Origin: Octopus vulgaris
Taxonomy: Eukaryota
Reading direction: 5' to 3'
Assembly: GCA_951406725.2 (NCBI GenBank)
Contig: OX597826.1
Coordinates: 8,928,001 to 8,992,000, forward strand
DNA: 64,000 bases
Shown piece by piece: positions 1 to 12,284 of this stretch (positions are counted from its first letter, which is position 1; each line of letters starts with the position of its first letter). The translations under genes and the position numbers were made by a program. The notes under the pieces are model-generated. The model saw only the letters and a program-made list of their open reading frames with translations. It was not told the DNA's origin and did no database searches.

Positions 1-170
1 ATACGACGGGCTTCTTTCAGTTTCCGTCTTCCAAATCCACTTACAAGGCTTTGGTCGGCACGAGGCTATAGTAGAAAACACTTGCCCAAGGTGCCACGCA
101 GTGGGACTGAACCTGGAACCATTTGGTTGATAAGTAGCTTGCTTACTTACCACACAGCCACTCTTGCGCC
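1..170 (-). mobile_element. SINE family A, 5' half (tRNA-derived head plus CORE-like motif)
   Basis: Reverse complement reads GGCGCAAGAGTGGCTGTGTGGTAAG...GGTTCAGTCCCACTGCGTGGCACCTTGGGCAAGTG, matching the full copy at 34210. The 3' half follows at about 185-395 on the opposite strand. Confidence 0.85.
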
Positions 171-537
171 TATATATGTGTATAAATTTATGTGTGTCTT
201 TGTGTCTGTATTTATACCCCATCCACCATCGCTTGACAACCGATGTTGGTGTGTTTACTTCCCCATAACTTTGCGGTCCGATAGAATAAGTACTAGGCTT
301 ACAAAGAATAAGTTCTGGAGGCGATTTCGTGGACTAAAACCCTTTAAGGTGTGCTCTAGCATGGCCGCGGTCAAATGACTGAAACAGGAAAAAGTAGTCG
401 AAACTGCGAGGATGATCCGGTTCTTGACTGAAGATTAGAGGCTTCGAATGACCCGTCCGTTTTCGTATCGTCTATTTGAATGTTTTGCGTTCTTGTCCCA
501 TTTTATATATTTTTATACATATATATATGTATATATT

Positions 538-746
538 CGGCGAGCTGGCAGATACGTTAGTATGCCGGGCGAAATACGTAGCCGTATTTCGTCTGTCGTT
601 ACGTTGTGAGTTCAAATTCCGCCGAGGTCGACTTTGCCTTTCATCGTTTCGGGGTCGATAAATAAAGTACCAGTTACGCACTGGGGGTCGATGTAATCGA
701 CTTAATCCCTTTGTCTGTCCTTGTTTGTCCCCTCTATATTTAGCCC
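538..746 (+). mobile_element. SINE family B (tRNA-derived)
   Basis: CGGCGAGCTGGCAGA head, B-box GAGTTCAAATTCC, body GCCTTTCATCGTTTCGGGGTCGATAAA; more than 10 copies in the window. Confidence 0.85.
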
Positions 747-1954
747 GTGACCTCGTGTGTACCGTTGGCGATTTTTTTTTCCTCTGTCTTCTCTTCTATG
801 GATCTTTCCTTCTATGTTTTCGACGAAGAGCTCCGTTCAAAACGTTAAACCCTCCTTCTTTCCTGAGCGTCCAATAATACTATATTTGTTCCACGTCCTC
901 GCGTTTTTTTTTTTGTGCTTTCTTGTTTGGATTAACTATATATATATATATATATATCGATAGAATTTTTAGCGAACGTTCTATTGTGATATTCGATTGT
1001 AAATGCCTTGTATTTATACATATTGCTTCCTGTGCTGGGATTTCTGTATTTGATTGTCACTTTATTTTATCGACTCTGGAACGATGAAAGGCATATTTCA
1101 CCTTGGTACGATTCGAACCCAGAACGTTAACATCCCAAAATATTGTACAGATACTCAACCGACTCCGCCAATTTACCGCCCTGTCCTCTTTAAAATTAAA
1201 TTTTAAGGTGATATATTGATTGAATTGATATTTTCTATGTGATGTATTGACTGAATCGTTAGAACAGCAGAGACATTGCTTCGGTATTAGTCTACAGTGT
1301 GTCGATATGAACAGACGACGTCATTCACCTTATACTTTAGCCTAGCCTCTTTACCTATGTCATAAGGGAAAGCTGTATGGATGAGAGACGTCATATACCT
1401 ATATCGAAGTATAGGTATCGCAGCAGACGATAAAGAAATACACTGAGGTATTTACTTTGACATTTTGCGTTTTGAGTTCACATACCATCAAGGTCTATTT
1501 TACTTTTCATCCTCCCGGGGTCGATAAAATAAAGTAAGCACTTTCCTACTATATAGACAGACATTTCCTTTTTTTTTTATAAAGGGTTAGTAAAATAATA
1601 AAATAAACTATTACAATGGTAAGACAGGCATAAAAGAAAGGAAAGAGCAAGGAATTTGGTAATTGTTTCCTTCTGAGAAAGAAGAATTCTATGTCCAAAA
1701 CATGCCCTTTAGCATTCAGATTATTCTGTCAAATGTAATACAGCTGTACCTCGGTTTACGAACGTCTCTGATCAAGAAGGAATCGTGCTTTATATATATC
1801 TATACCAAACAAAACTGTCCGACGAACGGGAACGTGAAACTCCGAGTAACAACTTGTGTTAAATTTCTGATGCTTTTAAATAAAGCATACTACTCTGCCT
1901 CTGGTATTTGAGTACTCTTTTTTCCACCTTGTTTCACATTTATGTGTTTACTCC

Positions 1955-1991
<37 letters not shown>

Positions 1992-1994
<3 letters not shown>

Positions 1995-2673
1995 GCAGTA
2001 TAACCCGGCGTTGTTCGGGTTCTGAGATATGACAGAATCTGCTTCAACCCACAAGTTCGTATCCAGAATTTTGCAACTCAAATTAAAAAATGAGATGTAA
2101 ATGTTTTAGCATGAAAGGAATTTCCTGTTTCCTGTTCCAGTTTGCCCTTCCACAAAAAGGGGTCAGCACAGCCTGCATGTGGTCAGTGTATGGCCATCTT
2201 TTGCTGACACTAACATGGAAATGAAATTAGAAAATACATTAACAAAAAAAAAAATAAAAACAAGAGAAAAACAAATAAGGAAAATCCTCCCCACTTCCTT
2301 TTTGACCCTCTAGAATTGGAATTTTTGAAAAGAAAAAATTTTTCATTATGTAGCTTGTTATTCTCTTTAAGTGAACATTTTCCTGGTTGAAATATACCGA
2401 AAAATGGCGACACAGCAGTAAAAAAATCGTAAAAGTTAGGGATTTTCATAGAAAAAAAGCACCTTTTTGATGTAAATAATTTTTGGTCCTAACATGGTCC
2501 GATTTGAATTTTTTCTTCTCCGGAATAAAGAGCAACCCTACTTCTATCATACTTTCTATTATGGTCAACTTGCGCTGCAGGCTCTCGGAAGAGATAGTGT
2601 TAGTTGAAGACTACCAAACCTGCCACACACACACACACACACACAGACAACTTCAGCTTTATATATTTCTAGA
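1992..2673 (-). mobile_element. Non-autonomous Helitron-like element
   Basis: Minus strand starts 5'-TCTAGAAATATATAAAG and ends with hairpin CCCG-AACAACGC-CGGG followed by CTAA (CTRR), inserted in a TA tract. Confidence 0.65.
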
Positions 2674-2685
2674 TATATATATATA

Positions 2686-2948
2686 TATAATGAAAATAAG
2701 TATCAAAGATATCCAGAGGTAATGCAGTACGATCGTTTCATGTGAATCCATTTAATTGAACAATACAACCATTACATCAATTTAAAATGTAGAGCAATCT
2801 TCAGCTGCACAAAAAACATAGAATTTCAGCTGAAGATTGCTCTACATTTTAAATTGATGTAATGTTTTCATTGTTCAATTGAATGGAGTCGCATGAAACG
2901 ATCGTACTGCATTACCTCTGGATATCCTTGTTGCTTATTTTTTATTAT
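2686..2948. repeat. Fold-back (about 120-bp arms, about 20-bp spacer) of a hammerhead-bearing Penelope-type terminal repeat
   Basis: 2686-2806 is the reverse complement of 2827-2948. Each arm has CTGAAGA...GAAAC-GATC-GTA. Related pieces at 6376-6475 (-) and 12755-12875 (+). Confidence 0.8.
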
Positions 2949-3065
2949 AATCACCTTGTTTTAAATTGTATGGATAATACCATACTAAATTCTGGTGCCT
3001 CAAGTACCGTATTCATCTGAATCTAAATTTTTACTGAACTTATCTACCATACCTAGCCTATATAT

Positions 3066-3103
<38 letters not shown>

Positions 3104-3856
3104 ATGTATGTATGTATGTATATGTATGTATGTATGTATGTATATATGTATATATGTATGTATGTATGTGTGTATATGTATATATATATGTGTCCCACCT
3201 TGCTGAATCATGTTTTTCATTAGGCATTATAAGTTATCTCTGCTTTAACACACCAGTGTCTGTCAAATCTTAATTTATTTTGTCCAAGCAAAACAAAACA
3301 AAGCCAAAAATTACTAATTTTAGTAGGGAACGAACCATTGATGATTGAATCAATTTTACTATATTACTGCTGGTATTTATTTTATCGATTTATGTGCGAT
3401 GGAAAGCGATGTCTGTGTCCTGAACGAAAATAATGCACTAAAACTTAAGATACAACTCTAATATCTAATCTGGCGCACAGCCATTTACACTCACTCCACC
3501 GTTCTGTATCGTTCCATAATGGAACTAACGTTTCTTGGGGAGATTACTGATGTTGGTTCTAGTAGTGTTCTTTGTTGTTGTTGTTGTTGTTACTCTGTAG
3601 CCCCAGGTTAGATGTGATGAGCAGATCTATTATTAAAAGCATTCCAGTCGGAACTATCCAACTTCTGTCTTGTTTTTTGTTTTTGTTTTTCGTAGGTTTT
3701 TTTTCTTCCAAATATAGCTGCTGACGTGGTTGTATGGTTAAGAATTTTGCTTCCCTACCAGGTGGATTCAGGTTCTATCCCACTGTTTGGCACACCTTTC
3801 CCGAATCAAGCCTTGTGAGTGGATTTGGTAAGCGGAAACTGAAAGAATCCCGTCGT

Positions 3857-4990
3857 TGGGCATGCCGTGGTAGATGATGCGCAGACACGCGCTGAAACTG
3901 CGACATCTCCAGCTCTACGTAGACGACGGTGAACAGATGTGGTCGCCGTTTGTGAGGCACGTTTTCCTGCAGTCGTAGATCAAAAAGAGGCCGAGGAAGG
4001 GCAAATGGCACCGCAAGTGTCGCGTTGCTCTCAAGCAACTATGCCGTTTGTGAGGCACGTTTTCCTGCAGCTCGTCTCTATGACCGAACTGCAGTCGTAG
4101 ATCAAAAAGAGGCCGAGGAAGGGCAAATGGCACCGCAAGTGTCGCGTTGCTCTCAAGCAACTATGCCGTCCCAGGTCGACCTTGAGCGACTACAACACAA
4201 TCAAAGCAATCTATATGGGATTAGTGAAGGGGAGGAACGACGACGATTTCAGGGCGAACCCTTGGCGTCGACGAGGAATACCTGACCCGCCTGTTCAAGA
4301 CGACTTTCGGGCCGGGACCTATGGACAACTTCCAGAGATCCCTGACCTGGCAGTGCTACCGAGAAGCGCTACCCGTTCAGGATAAGTTCTACAGACACGG
4401 CTCGCGAAACACAGGGCCGACCTGCCGAGATGCGGTCAGAGCGACGAAACCGTTCTGCATACACTCGTGCAGTGTCCAACCATTTCCGACCTGTGGGCTT
4501 ATGTCGAACGACTGCTGTCACGTGTGGGACGAGTCGGTTTATCAGCCGAGTCTATCGTCAATATCGTCACGCCTCCTTCCTTCAAACGGGAAGGAAGAGC
4601 TATTTTCATCTTACTTGCGAAAGAATGTGTCTGGTGGACGCCTCTGAAAGGATTAGAGATAAACACTTTCTTCTCTGGTCAATCTCTCATCAATTTCTTC
4701 AAGTATCACTTGAAAAGGAAAGTGAGAGTAGAGAAGCAAGTTTTGTCTAGCGAATGTTTCAAAATAGATGGGTGAATGTAGCAAGGATGGCACGTATGAA
4801 TGACGAAGCCACCTTGAGCATAATCCTATGAACCCGGGAAAATTTAAAACAGAGTTACTTACTTGCAAATAAATGTGTTTACATGTGACATTATTGACCG
4901 AGGTCACATTGGTCTTTTCCGTAGGCTTTTCTTTCCACGGATAAACCTTATTTGTTTCCCCCTTTACACTTTACATCATGACATTTCTGT
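3857..4990 (+). mobile_element. 5'-truncated L1/Tx1-clade LINE: frameshifted ORF2 C-terminus plus 3' UTR
   Basis: Across frameshifts it reads LGMPW*MMRRHALKL...NFQRSLTWQCYREALPV...TC(P)RCGQSDETVLHTLVQCPTISDLW, i.e. the post-RT (GG)LGxP motif and the zf-RVT CCHC knuckle. Stop near 4830. Confidence 0.85.
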
Positions 4991-5060
4991 GATACACGAT
5001 CCCTGTACCCCAAGAACACATACACACATATATATATATGTGAGTATGTGTGTATGTATG

Positions 5061-5094
<34 letters not shown>

Positions 5095-5116
5095 TGTATG
5101 TATATATGTGTGTATG

Positions 5117-5890
5117 TAACACCAGGGACCATCCGGACTCCCGTCCTCGCCGTGAACAGGAATTAATCTTCTCTCTTCACTCCTTTGCACCACATGGGCT
5201 CAACTCTCCTTCCCTCTTCATCTAACCCCCTCCTCTCTCCTCCCTTCACTCCTACCCACCTCTTCTGTCCTCTCTTGTTCTGACACCTACTTCCTCTCTT
5301 CACTCCTACCCATCCTCTCCCTTCATTGTCACCCCAGCACTAAACGCCCTTCCCACTCTCCTTATACATCCCATCCCACACATTTCACTCCCACATACGC
5401 CACCCCCACCCTTACACCCACTCTTGCTTCCTCACCCTCGCCTCCCCCACACTCCAACGCCACCACACCACACCACTCCGCCCACACTAGCACTGACCAC
5501 TTCCCAGCACCCACACCATCATCCACACGCTACACATGCACACACGCACACGTCAAGGTCACCAGCCCTTATCCACACGCACATACACGCTCTCACATAC
5601 ACACGCACGCGCACCTTCATTTTGGGATCACCACGACTTTTCTATCTCCACTTCTTCCCAGCTCTCCTGTCTGACCACCTCTGACCGGCATTCGCCATAA
5701 TTGATCGCAAACCACTAAATCTTTTAAATTTTCTCTCTCTGCTTATTTCTGTGTTCTTTTCTGTTGAAAAGCGTAGGCTCGCAACGTAAAAGACGTTCTC
5801 ACTTCTCGAGCGTTAAACTAATGCATCTGTTTATTGTTTACACACCCGTCTTCGTCTTTTGTTTTGTTTTATTGTATATTCCAACTATAT
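5117..5890 (+). mobile_element. Penelope-like element (Neptune-type) 3' remnant: GIY-YIG C-terminus, simple-sequence UTR, pLTR
   Basis: RREQELIFSLHSFAPHGLN* (ends 5225) fits the E..I..L....P.GLN end of PLE GIY-YIG endonucleases. A C/T- and CA-rich tract and a degenerate hammerhead at 5755-5793 follow. Confidence 0.75.
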
Positions 5891-6086
5891 ATATTTATAC
5901 ACACATATATGTATGTATATACGTATAGCAGTTAGGAACAGCCATATCTTGGTCAGTCAGTGGAAGGACTTCACTACCTCATATGTTCTTAAAATTTAAA
6001 TCCACATCTTTGTCTATATATCTACCTTCTCTATAATGTTGCCACTTGATTTGAAAACTTTTGTATTAATGTAAAACCTCTATAAT

Positions 6087-6170
6087 TGGCTGATGAGTAC
6101 TCAGCATCTTAAATCTGTTGTAATACTTACAACATTTAATAAAATGATGTAGTACGAAACGATTGTACCA
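6087..6170 (+). ncRNA. Type-I hammerhead ribozyme, canonical core, long helix II
   Basis: TGG-CTGATGA-GTACT...AGTAC-GAAAC-GATT-GTA-CCA: stem I TGG/CCA, stem II GTACT/AGTAC extended by TGTTGTAA/TTACAACA, stem III AC/GT, GUA cleavage triplet. Confidence 0.8.
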
Positions 6171-6197
6171 CATTACCGGAGTCATTCTTGTTGCTTA

Positions 6198-6378
<181 letters not shown>

Positions 6379-7131
6379 TTCAGCAAAATTTAGATTCAAA
6401 TGAATATGGTACTTAAGTCAGATGCACCAGAATTTTGTACGGTATTATCCATATAAATCCATGGGATGATTATATACATATATATATATATAAAATACAA
6501 AATGGGACAAGAACGCAAAACATCCAGATGACAGGGACGTAAGTATATATTTATCTAAATCTTTTACGACTCCATTCTTTCTTTCTATCAGCCCTTTCAC
6601 GCTTATTCGTTCATTCCACTCTTCGTTCTTTTGTTCCCCATCTCTCACATTTCTCTGCCTTCTCTTCTTGCTCACTTTCCCTCCTCTTTCCACTTCACTG
6701 TGTCCCTATTATTTTTTCTCGCCCCTCCTTAATTCTTCTGCCCCTCAGCCTCTACCTCTCTCTCTTCTCTCCCCACATGACCGGTGTTCGGCCAAGCCTA
6801 ACCTTTTCTTTTATGGAACCATGTTGTTGGGAAGCAAGCTTCTTACCACACAGCCACGCCTGCGCCTAATGTAAATGCTATTTTTAGCAGGTCGAGTATC
6901 TACGTAGAAACGATGAGATAGATACATTATCTGTTGATGATGCTAATCACTGTGATACGAAGCTGTTTTTTGAATTGCCTGATCTAAACAGTTGCTTTGT
7001 CAATGGCAACAACGTTGCTTCGGTCGTCTGCAGAAAATGACACAAACTGTTAGTTTTTGGTTTAGTTGCTTCTGTACCTGTGGTTGATGTTGTTGTGCTG
7101 CTTTTGCTGTTATAGTTGTTGTTGTTGTTGT

Positions 7132-7162
<31 letters not shown>

Positions 7163-7185
7163 GTTGAGCTGTTGCTGTTGATGTT

Positions 7186-7552
7186 GAGCGAAGCGGTCTT
7201 CGTCCCAAAGCTCGCAAGATGGGAGAAGTCCGAAACGTGGTCCTTTGCTATTCGTAAGACCCGCAGAAGAGAAAGCAGGTCAACCCCCCGACACCGAGAG
7301 CATCGACGGATGGATGAATGCGCATCCAGGCTCCGCGGTTGCGTATGAAGTCGGGGACAAGGAACAGGAAGAAAGAGTGAGAGAAAGTTGGAGCGAAAGA
7401 GTACAACAGGGGTCGCCACCCCACCCTTGCCAGAGGCTCGTGGAGCTTTAGGTGTTTTCGCTCAATAAACACAACGCCTGGTCTGGGAATCGAAACCACG
7501 ATCCTCCAACCGCGAGTCTGCTGCCCTAACCACTGGGCCATTGCGTCTCCAC
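7186..7552 (-). mobile_element. SINE family C (tRNA-derived head) ending in a CAA/CAG microsatellite
   Basis: Minus strand GTGGAGACGCAATGGCCCAGTGGTTAGGGCA...GTTTCGATTCCC (A and B boxes). Shares its first about 180 bp with the copy at 15127. Confidence 0.8.
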
Positions 7553-8009
7553 TTTGCTGCTGCTGCTGCTGACATTGCTGTTGCTGTGTTGTTTGTTGTT
7601 GTTGATGATATTAATGTTGTTGAAGTAGTTCTTGTGTTGTTATTTTCGTGTTCTTGTTGTATTGATGCTGTTGTTTAACTTCATATCAGCTTTGATGAAG
7701 CAGATCAATGATCAAAGTCATTTCAACCGTGACCATCCAGTTTATTTTTGTCTTGTTTTTTTTTGTTTTTTTGCCTTTTCTCGCTTTTTATTTTTCGTGC
7801 ATTGTTCACTCCGGACTACATAACCCAGTGTTATGTAGTCCGGATATAATTTGAGGGAGATTTGGTAGCTATTTCTAGTAGGGGCTCTCTTCTTGGATAG
7901 GTTCACAAGGAAACCGGATATGGGACAGGAGTGAGCGCTCTCTATTGGCAAATGTGTTTTGATTGCTTAAGTTCTTTTATCACTGCTCGCTCGGTTTCAC
8001 TGTAAGGCT

Positions 8010-8400
8010 AAGACATGGCTGTGTGGTTAAGAGGCCCGCTTTACAGCCACGAGGTTTCAATTTCAATATCACTGCGCAGCACCTTGGACAAAGAACTTCC
8101 ATATCCCCGGGCTAATTTATGACTTGCGAATGAATCTGGTGAACGGAGGCTTTGTGGAAGCCTCTCGTGTGTGTGTGTGTCTGACTTTGTGTTTGTGCTT
8201 GTACTCCCCACTGCTTGAAACCAGAGTTGGTTTGTTTACGTCCCTGCATCATGTGCAGTTCGGCAAAATAGACCGACAGAATAAGTAGCAAACATTAAAA
8301 AAAAATAATAATAAGTACTGGGGTCGATTGTTCGACTAATCCTTCAAGGTGAGGCCCCCAGTATGACCATACTCCAATGACTGAAAGAAGTGAAAAATAA
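8010..8400 (+). mobile_element. SINE family A, diverged near-full copy
   Basis: TGGCTGTGTGGTTAAG head, GCACCTTGGACAA motif and 3' half similar to 34210-34657. Confidence 0.7.
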
Positions 8401-8784
8401 AGATAGAAAAAGGTAAAATGTGAGAAATAAAGAGGGAAACTGAAAACCAAAAAGTACCATACTCTATTGCTCCTACTTGGGCGGATGCCAAACTACACTC
8501 ATATGTTATATATTCGTTGTGACTCCTTTGCAATCCAAGTTCAAATCACGCTAAAATCAATCATCACTTCCATCTTATCAGAAATGGTGGATTGGTGAGG
8601 ATCGTTAGTAGAACGGACGAATTGCTTTGCAGTGTTTGTCCTTGTACTTATTCGTTCTGAGGATTTCAATTCTGACTGAGGATTTTCAAATCCTATCGAT
8701 GGCCAGAACTAACTGCGAGACCACAACAGCTAATTATGAAAGCTGCGATGGGCGAAGAAGGATTGTAGCTGCCTGTTACTACGA

Positions 8785-8957
8785 GAAGAAGAAGAAGAAG
8801 AAGAAGAAGAAGAAGAAGAAGAAGAAGAAGAAGAAGAAGAAGAAGAAGAAGAAGAAGAAGAAGAAGAAGAAGAAGAAGAAGAAGAAGAAGAAGAAGAAGA
8901 AGAAGAAGAAGAAGAAGAAGAAGAAGAAGAAGAAGAAGAAGAAGAAGAAGAAGAAGA
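8785..8957. repeat. (GAA)n microsatellite
   Basis: Uninterrupted GAA tract of about 57 units. Confidence 0.98.
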
Positions 8958-9566
8958 ATATGAAGAAGATGATGATGAAACAGTGATGATAAAATTGGTG
9001 ACGATGACGACGACTGCAACAAAGATGATGATGGTGGTGATAATAAGGATGATGATGATGATCATAATCACGATGATGATGATCATAATGATAATTATGA
9101 CAAAGGTGTTGATGATGATAATGATGATGCCAAAGGTGATGATGCCAAAGGTGATGATGATGAAGATGATGACGATGATGATGACAACGACGATGATGAT
9201 GATGACGATGACGACAACAATAAAGATGATGATGATGACAACGATGATGATGATGATGATGATGACAACGGTGATGATGATGACAACGGTGATGATGATG
9301 ACGACGACGACGACGAAGATGATGATGACAACGGTGATGATGATGATGATGATGACGACGACGACAAGGACAAAGATGACGATGATGATGAGAATGACCA
9401 CGATGATGATGACCACGATGTGCCATGTAGCTAGGGGAACCTCATGATACTACGACATCCATATTCATCCGTTGCAAAGGGACAAACATCTTGTCTTAAT
9501 TGATTTTTCTGAAGCAAAGAATCAGCCGACGACTCTAAACACCATCGCCGCCGCCGCCACCACCAC

Positions 9567-9613
<47 letters not shown>

Positions 9614-9752
9614 ACATCACTACCATCATCTTCATCATCATCGCTATCGTCTTTACTATTACCACCACCACCAACACCATCGTTATCATCATGCATGGAT
9701 CATTGTCTTCATTCTAACAACCACACTCCACCACCACCACCACCACCACCAT

Positions 9753-9784
<32 letters not shown>

Positions 9785-9841
9785 CTGTTACAGCCATTGT
9801 GTTCGTCTGTTATCTCCATAATACTCCTTATCTTCGTCATC

Positions 9842-9875
<34 letters not shown>

Positions 9876-10251
9876 TTAACCGTCACCATGAATGGAATGG
9901 CAGTGGTATCCGTATCATCCAAGTATTTCAGTGGTTGTGACCATTGAGATTCACCATTCTTTTAAAGCTCCGTATTTGCTCCCTGGCCGACGAATTTATC
10001 ACGTCTTCTTTAAAGGCTGTGTTGTGTTGTTTTTCATCACCATGGCATAGAATTAATGATACCTACAGGGACACCGCGGATGCTGATGCTGCTGCTGGTG
10101 ATGATGCTATTGTTGGTGATGATGATGATGATGATGATGATGCTGCTGCTGATAATGATGATGATGACGATGATGATGATGGTGCTCGCTGTCGTCGTCA
10201 TCGTATAATAGTGTTGATAGGCCGTGGCGGTGATGGTGCTGGTGCTCTTGT

Positions 10252-10300
<49 letters not shown>

Positions 10301-10428
10301 GATGTTGATGCTGCTGCTGATAATGATGATGATGACGATGATGATAGTGGTGGTGATCATGATGCTGCTCGCTGTCGTCGTCATCGTATAATAGTGTTGG
10401 TAGGCCGTGGCGGTGCTGGTGCTGTTGT

Positions 10429-10463
<35 letters not shown>

Positions 10464-11010
10464 GTCATGGTGATGATGATGATGATGGTGATGAGGATGA
10501 TGATGGTGGTGATGGTGATGGTGATGGTGGTGATGGTGATGGTGATGATGGCAGTAATTGGGTGAGTAATGAGTGATGATAGCAACTGCACGAGGACGAA
10601 ATGATGAGGAGGATGTGGATGCAGAGGAGGAGAGTGGAGACGGACAGTGTTCGGTGATGGTGGTGTTGGCAAGTAGTGATGAGGTGGTTGCGAGGAATAT
10701 TGTCTGAAGGGAGTCCGGTGATAACAGAGGTGGTGGAGGCGGCGGCGGTGGTGGTGACGGTGGTGGTGGTGGTGACGAGCTGTTGACGGTGGTGGTGGCG
10801 GTGGTAGTAGTGGTGATGGTGGAAGTGGTGGAAGTGGTGGACGAGGTGGTGGTGGTGGCGGTGGCGGTGGCGGTGGTGGTGGCGGTGGTGGCGGTGGTGG
10901 TGATGGCGGTGGTGGCGGGGGCGGTGATGGTGGTGGTAGTAGTGGTGATGGTGGAAGTGGTGGCAGTGGTGGCAGTGGTGGACGAGGTGGTGGTGGCGGT
11001 AGTGGTGTGA
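8958..11010. repeat. Compound trinucleotide region (GAT, CAT, CAC, GGT) with an about 180-bp tandem duplication at about 10130-10460
   Basis: Degenerate triplet tracts. GCTCGCTGTCGTCGTCATCGTATAATAGTGTTG occurs twice, 183 bp apart. Unique islands at about 9420-9540 and 9890-10080. Confidence 0.9.
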
Positions 11011-11509
11011 AAGCGTGGGGGCGTGATAGTACTAATGGTATTATTGGTGGTCAGGGTTAGTTTTTACTACAATTTTATAGTCATGGTGGTGGTAATAGTT
11101 ACGGTGGTGGGGGAGAGGAAAAAAAAAATAGATAGATTGATAGATAGATAATTAGTTGATGATGATGGTTAGAGCTGAAATGGTTAATGTATGATAGCAG
11201 TGTGGGAGGAGTTAAATAATAATAATGAAATTATAGTGCTCGGGTGCAGTACAACAGTTGTTGATCATCTTTACTAAGCAAAGGCATTCCAGCCGTGACA
11301 ATCTCATTTATGATTATGAATTCATTGTAGGGTTTGATTTGAAAGAAAACTGGCTGCTATTTCTTCTAAGTTCAGCTCCAGCGTAAAGGCTCCCTTGTTG
11401 GTTCGGTGTTAGTGCAGTAGTTGTGGTTTTGGTGGTGGTGGTGGTGGCGGCGTGTTACGTTTGGGTCGAGAACCTATTGGGATTTTGGTGCTCATTAGAT
11501 CCTCCTTTT

Positions 11510-11696
11510 CTTACAAACATTATTTACATTATTTACATTGGACGGATATTTGTCCTCATCTTGTTTGTTGTTACCACAATGTTTCGGCTGATTTACTCTC
11601 CAGCCTTCATCAGGTGTCCTGGTGGAATTTTGATCCCAACCCGGGGTTCTCATTCCTAAGGTATTTTTGATGTTGTTGTTATTATTATTATTATTA

Positions 11697-11773
<77 letters not shown>

Positions 11774-12036
11774 TTCAAATTATTATTATTACTATCATTA
11801 TTATTATTATCATCTACATCATCATCATCATCATAATCATCATCATCATCACAATCATCATCATCATCATCATTATTATTCATTCAAGGCACTGCCTGGA
11901 TTTGAACTTGGAATCTTGTGGTTAATCCGAGGTAGCGTTTAAAAGCGTGGGCTACTAACCCCAAGATTCCGAGTTCAATTCCAGGCAGTGCCTTGAATAA
12001 ATAATAATAATATTAATAACAACAACAACAACGATG

Positions 12037-12114
<78 letters not shown>

Positions 12115-12275
12115 TTAATCACAACAACAACAACAGCAAAAAATAACTTATGAACGAGAACTCAGATTTGGGTTCAAAATTCCACCAGGACACCTGATGA
12201 AGGGTGGAGAGTAAATTAGCCGAAACATTGTGGCAACAACAAACAAAATGAGGACACATAACTCATCTCAAAAAT
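11510..12275. mobile_element. Head-to-head palindrome of a tRNA-Ile-like head + (AAT)n + hammerhead element
   Basis: 11882-11924 is inverted at 11956-11998, the (ATT)n and (AAT)n tracts mirror each other, and 11550-11660 is inverted at 12145-12256. Each arm holds CAC-CTGATGA-A-GG(C/G)TG...AGCC-GAAAC-ATT-GTG. Confidence 0.75.
11575..11616 (-). ncRNA. Minimal type-I hammerhead motif (further copies 12191-12232 + and 50600-50641 +)
   Basis: CAC-CTGATGA-A-GGCTG-GAGAGTAAAT-CAGCC-GAAAC-ATT-GTG. The 50600 copy has palindromic AACGTT at helix III. Confidence 0.65.
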
Positions 12276-12284
12276 ACAGAACAG

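Noticed and set aside
6891-7040. 49-codon exon-like frame VEYLRRNDEIDTLSV...
   Set aside because: Its apparent acceptor resembles part of a dispersed repeat, it has no partner exon and no recognisable homology.
8627-11010. Long poly-K, -M, -H, -D, -S and -V ORFs
   Set aside because: Read-through of trinucleotide microsatellites in several frames on both strands.
11931-11990. Functional tRNA gene (also the other SINE heads)
   Set aside because: No complete cloverleaf or acceptor stem; embedded in repeats.
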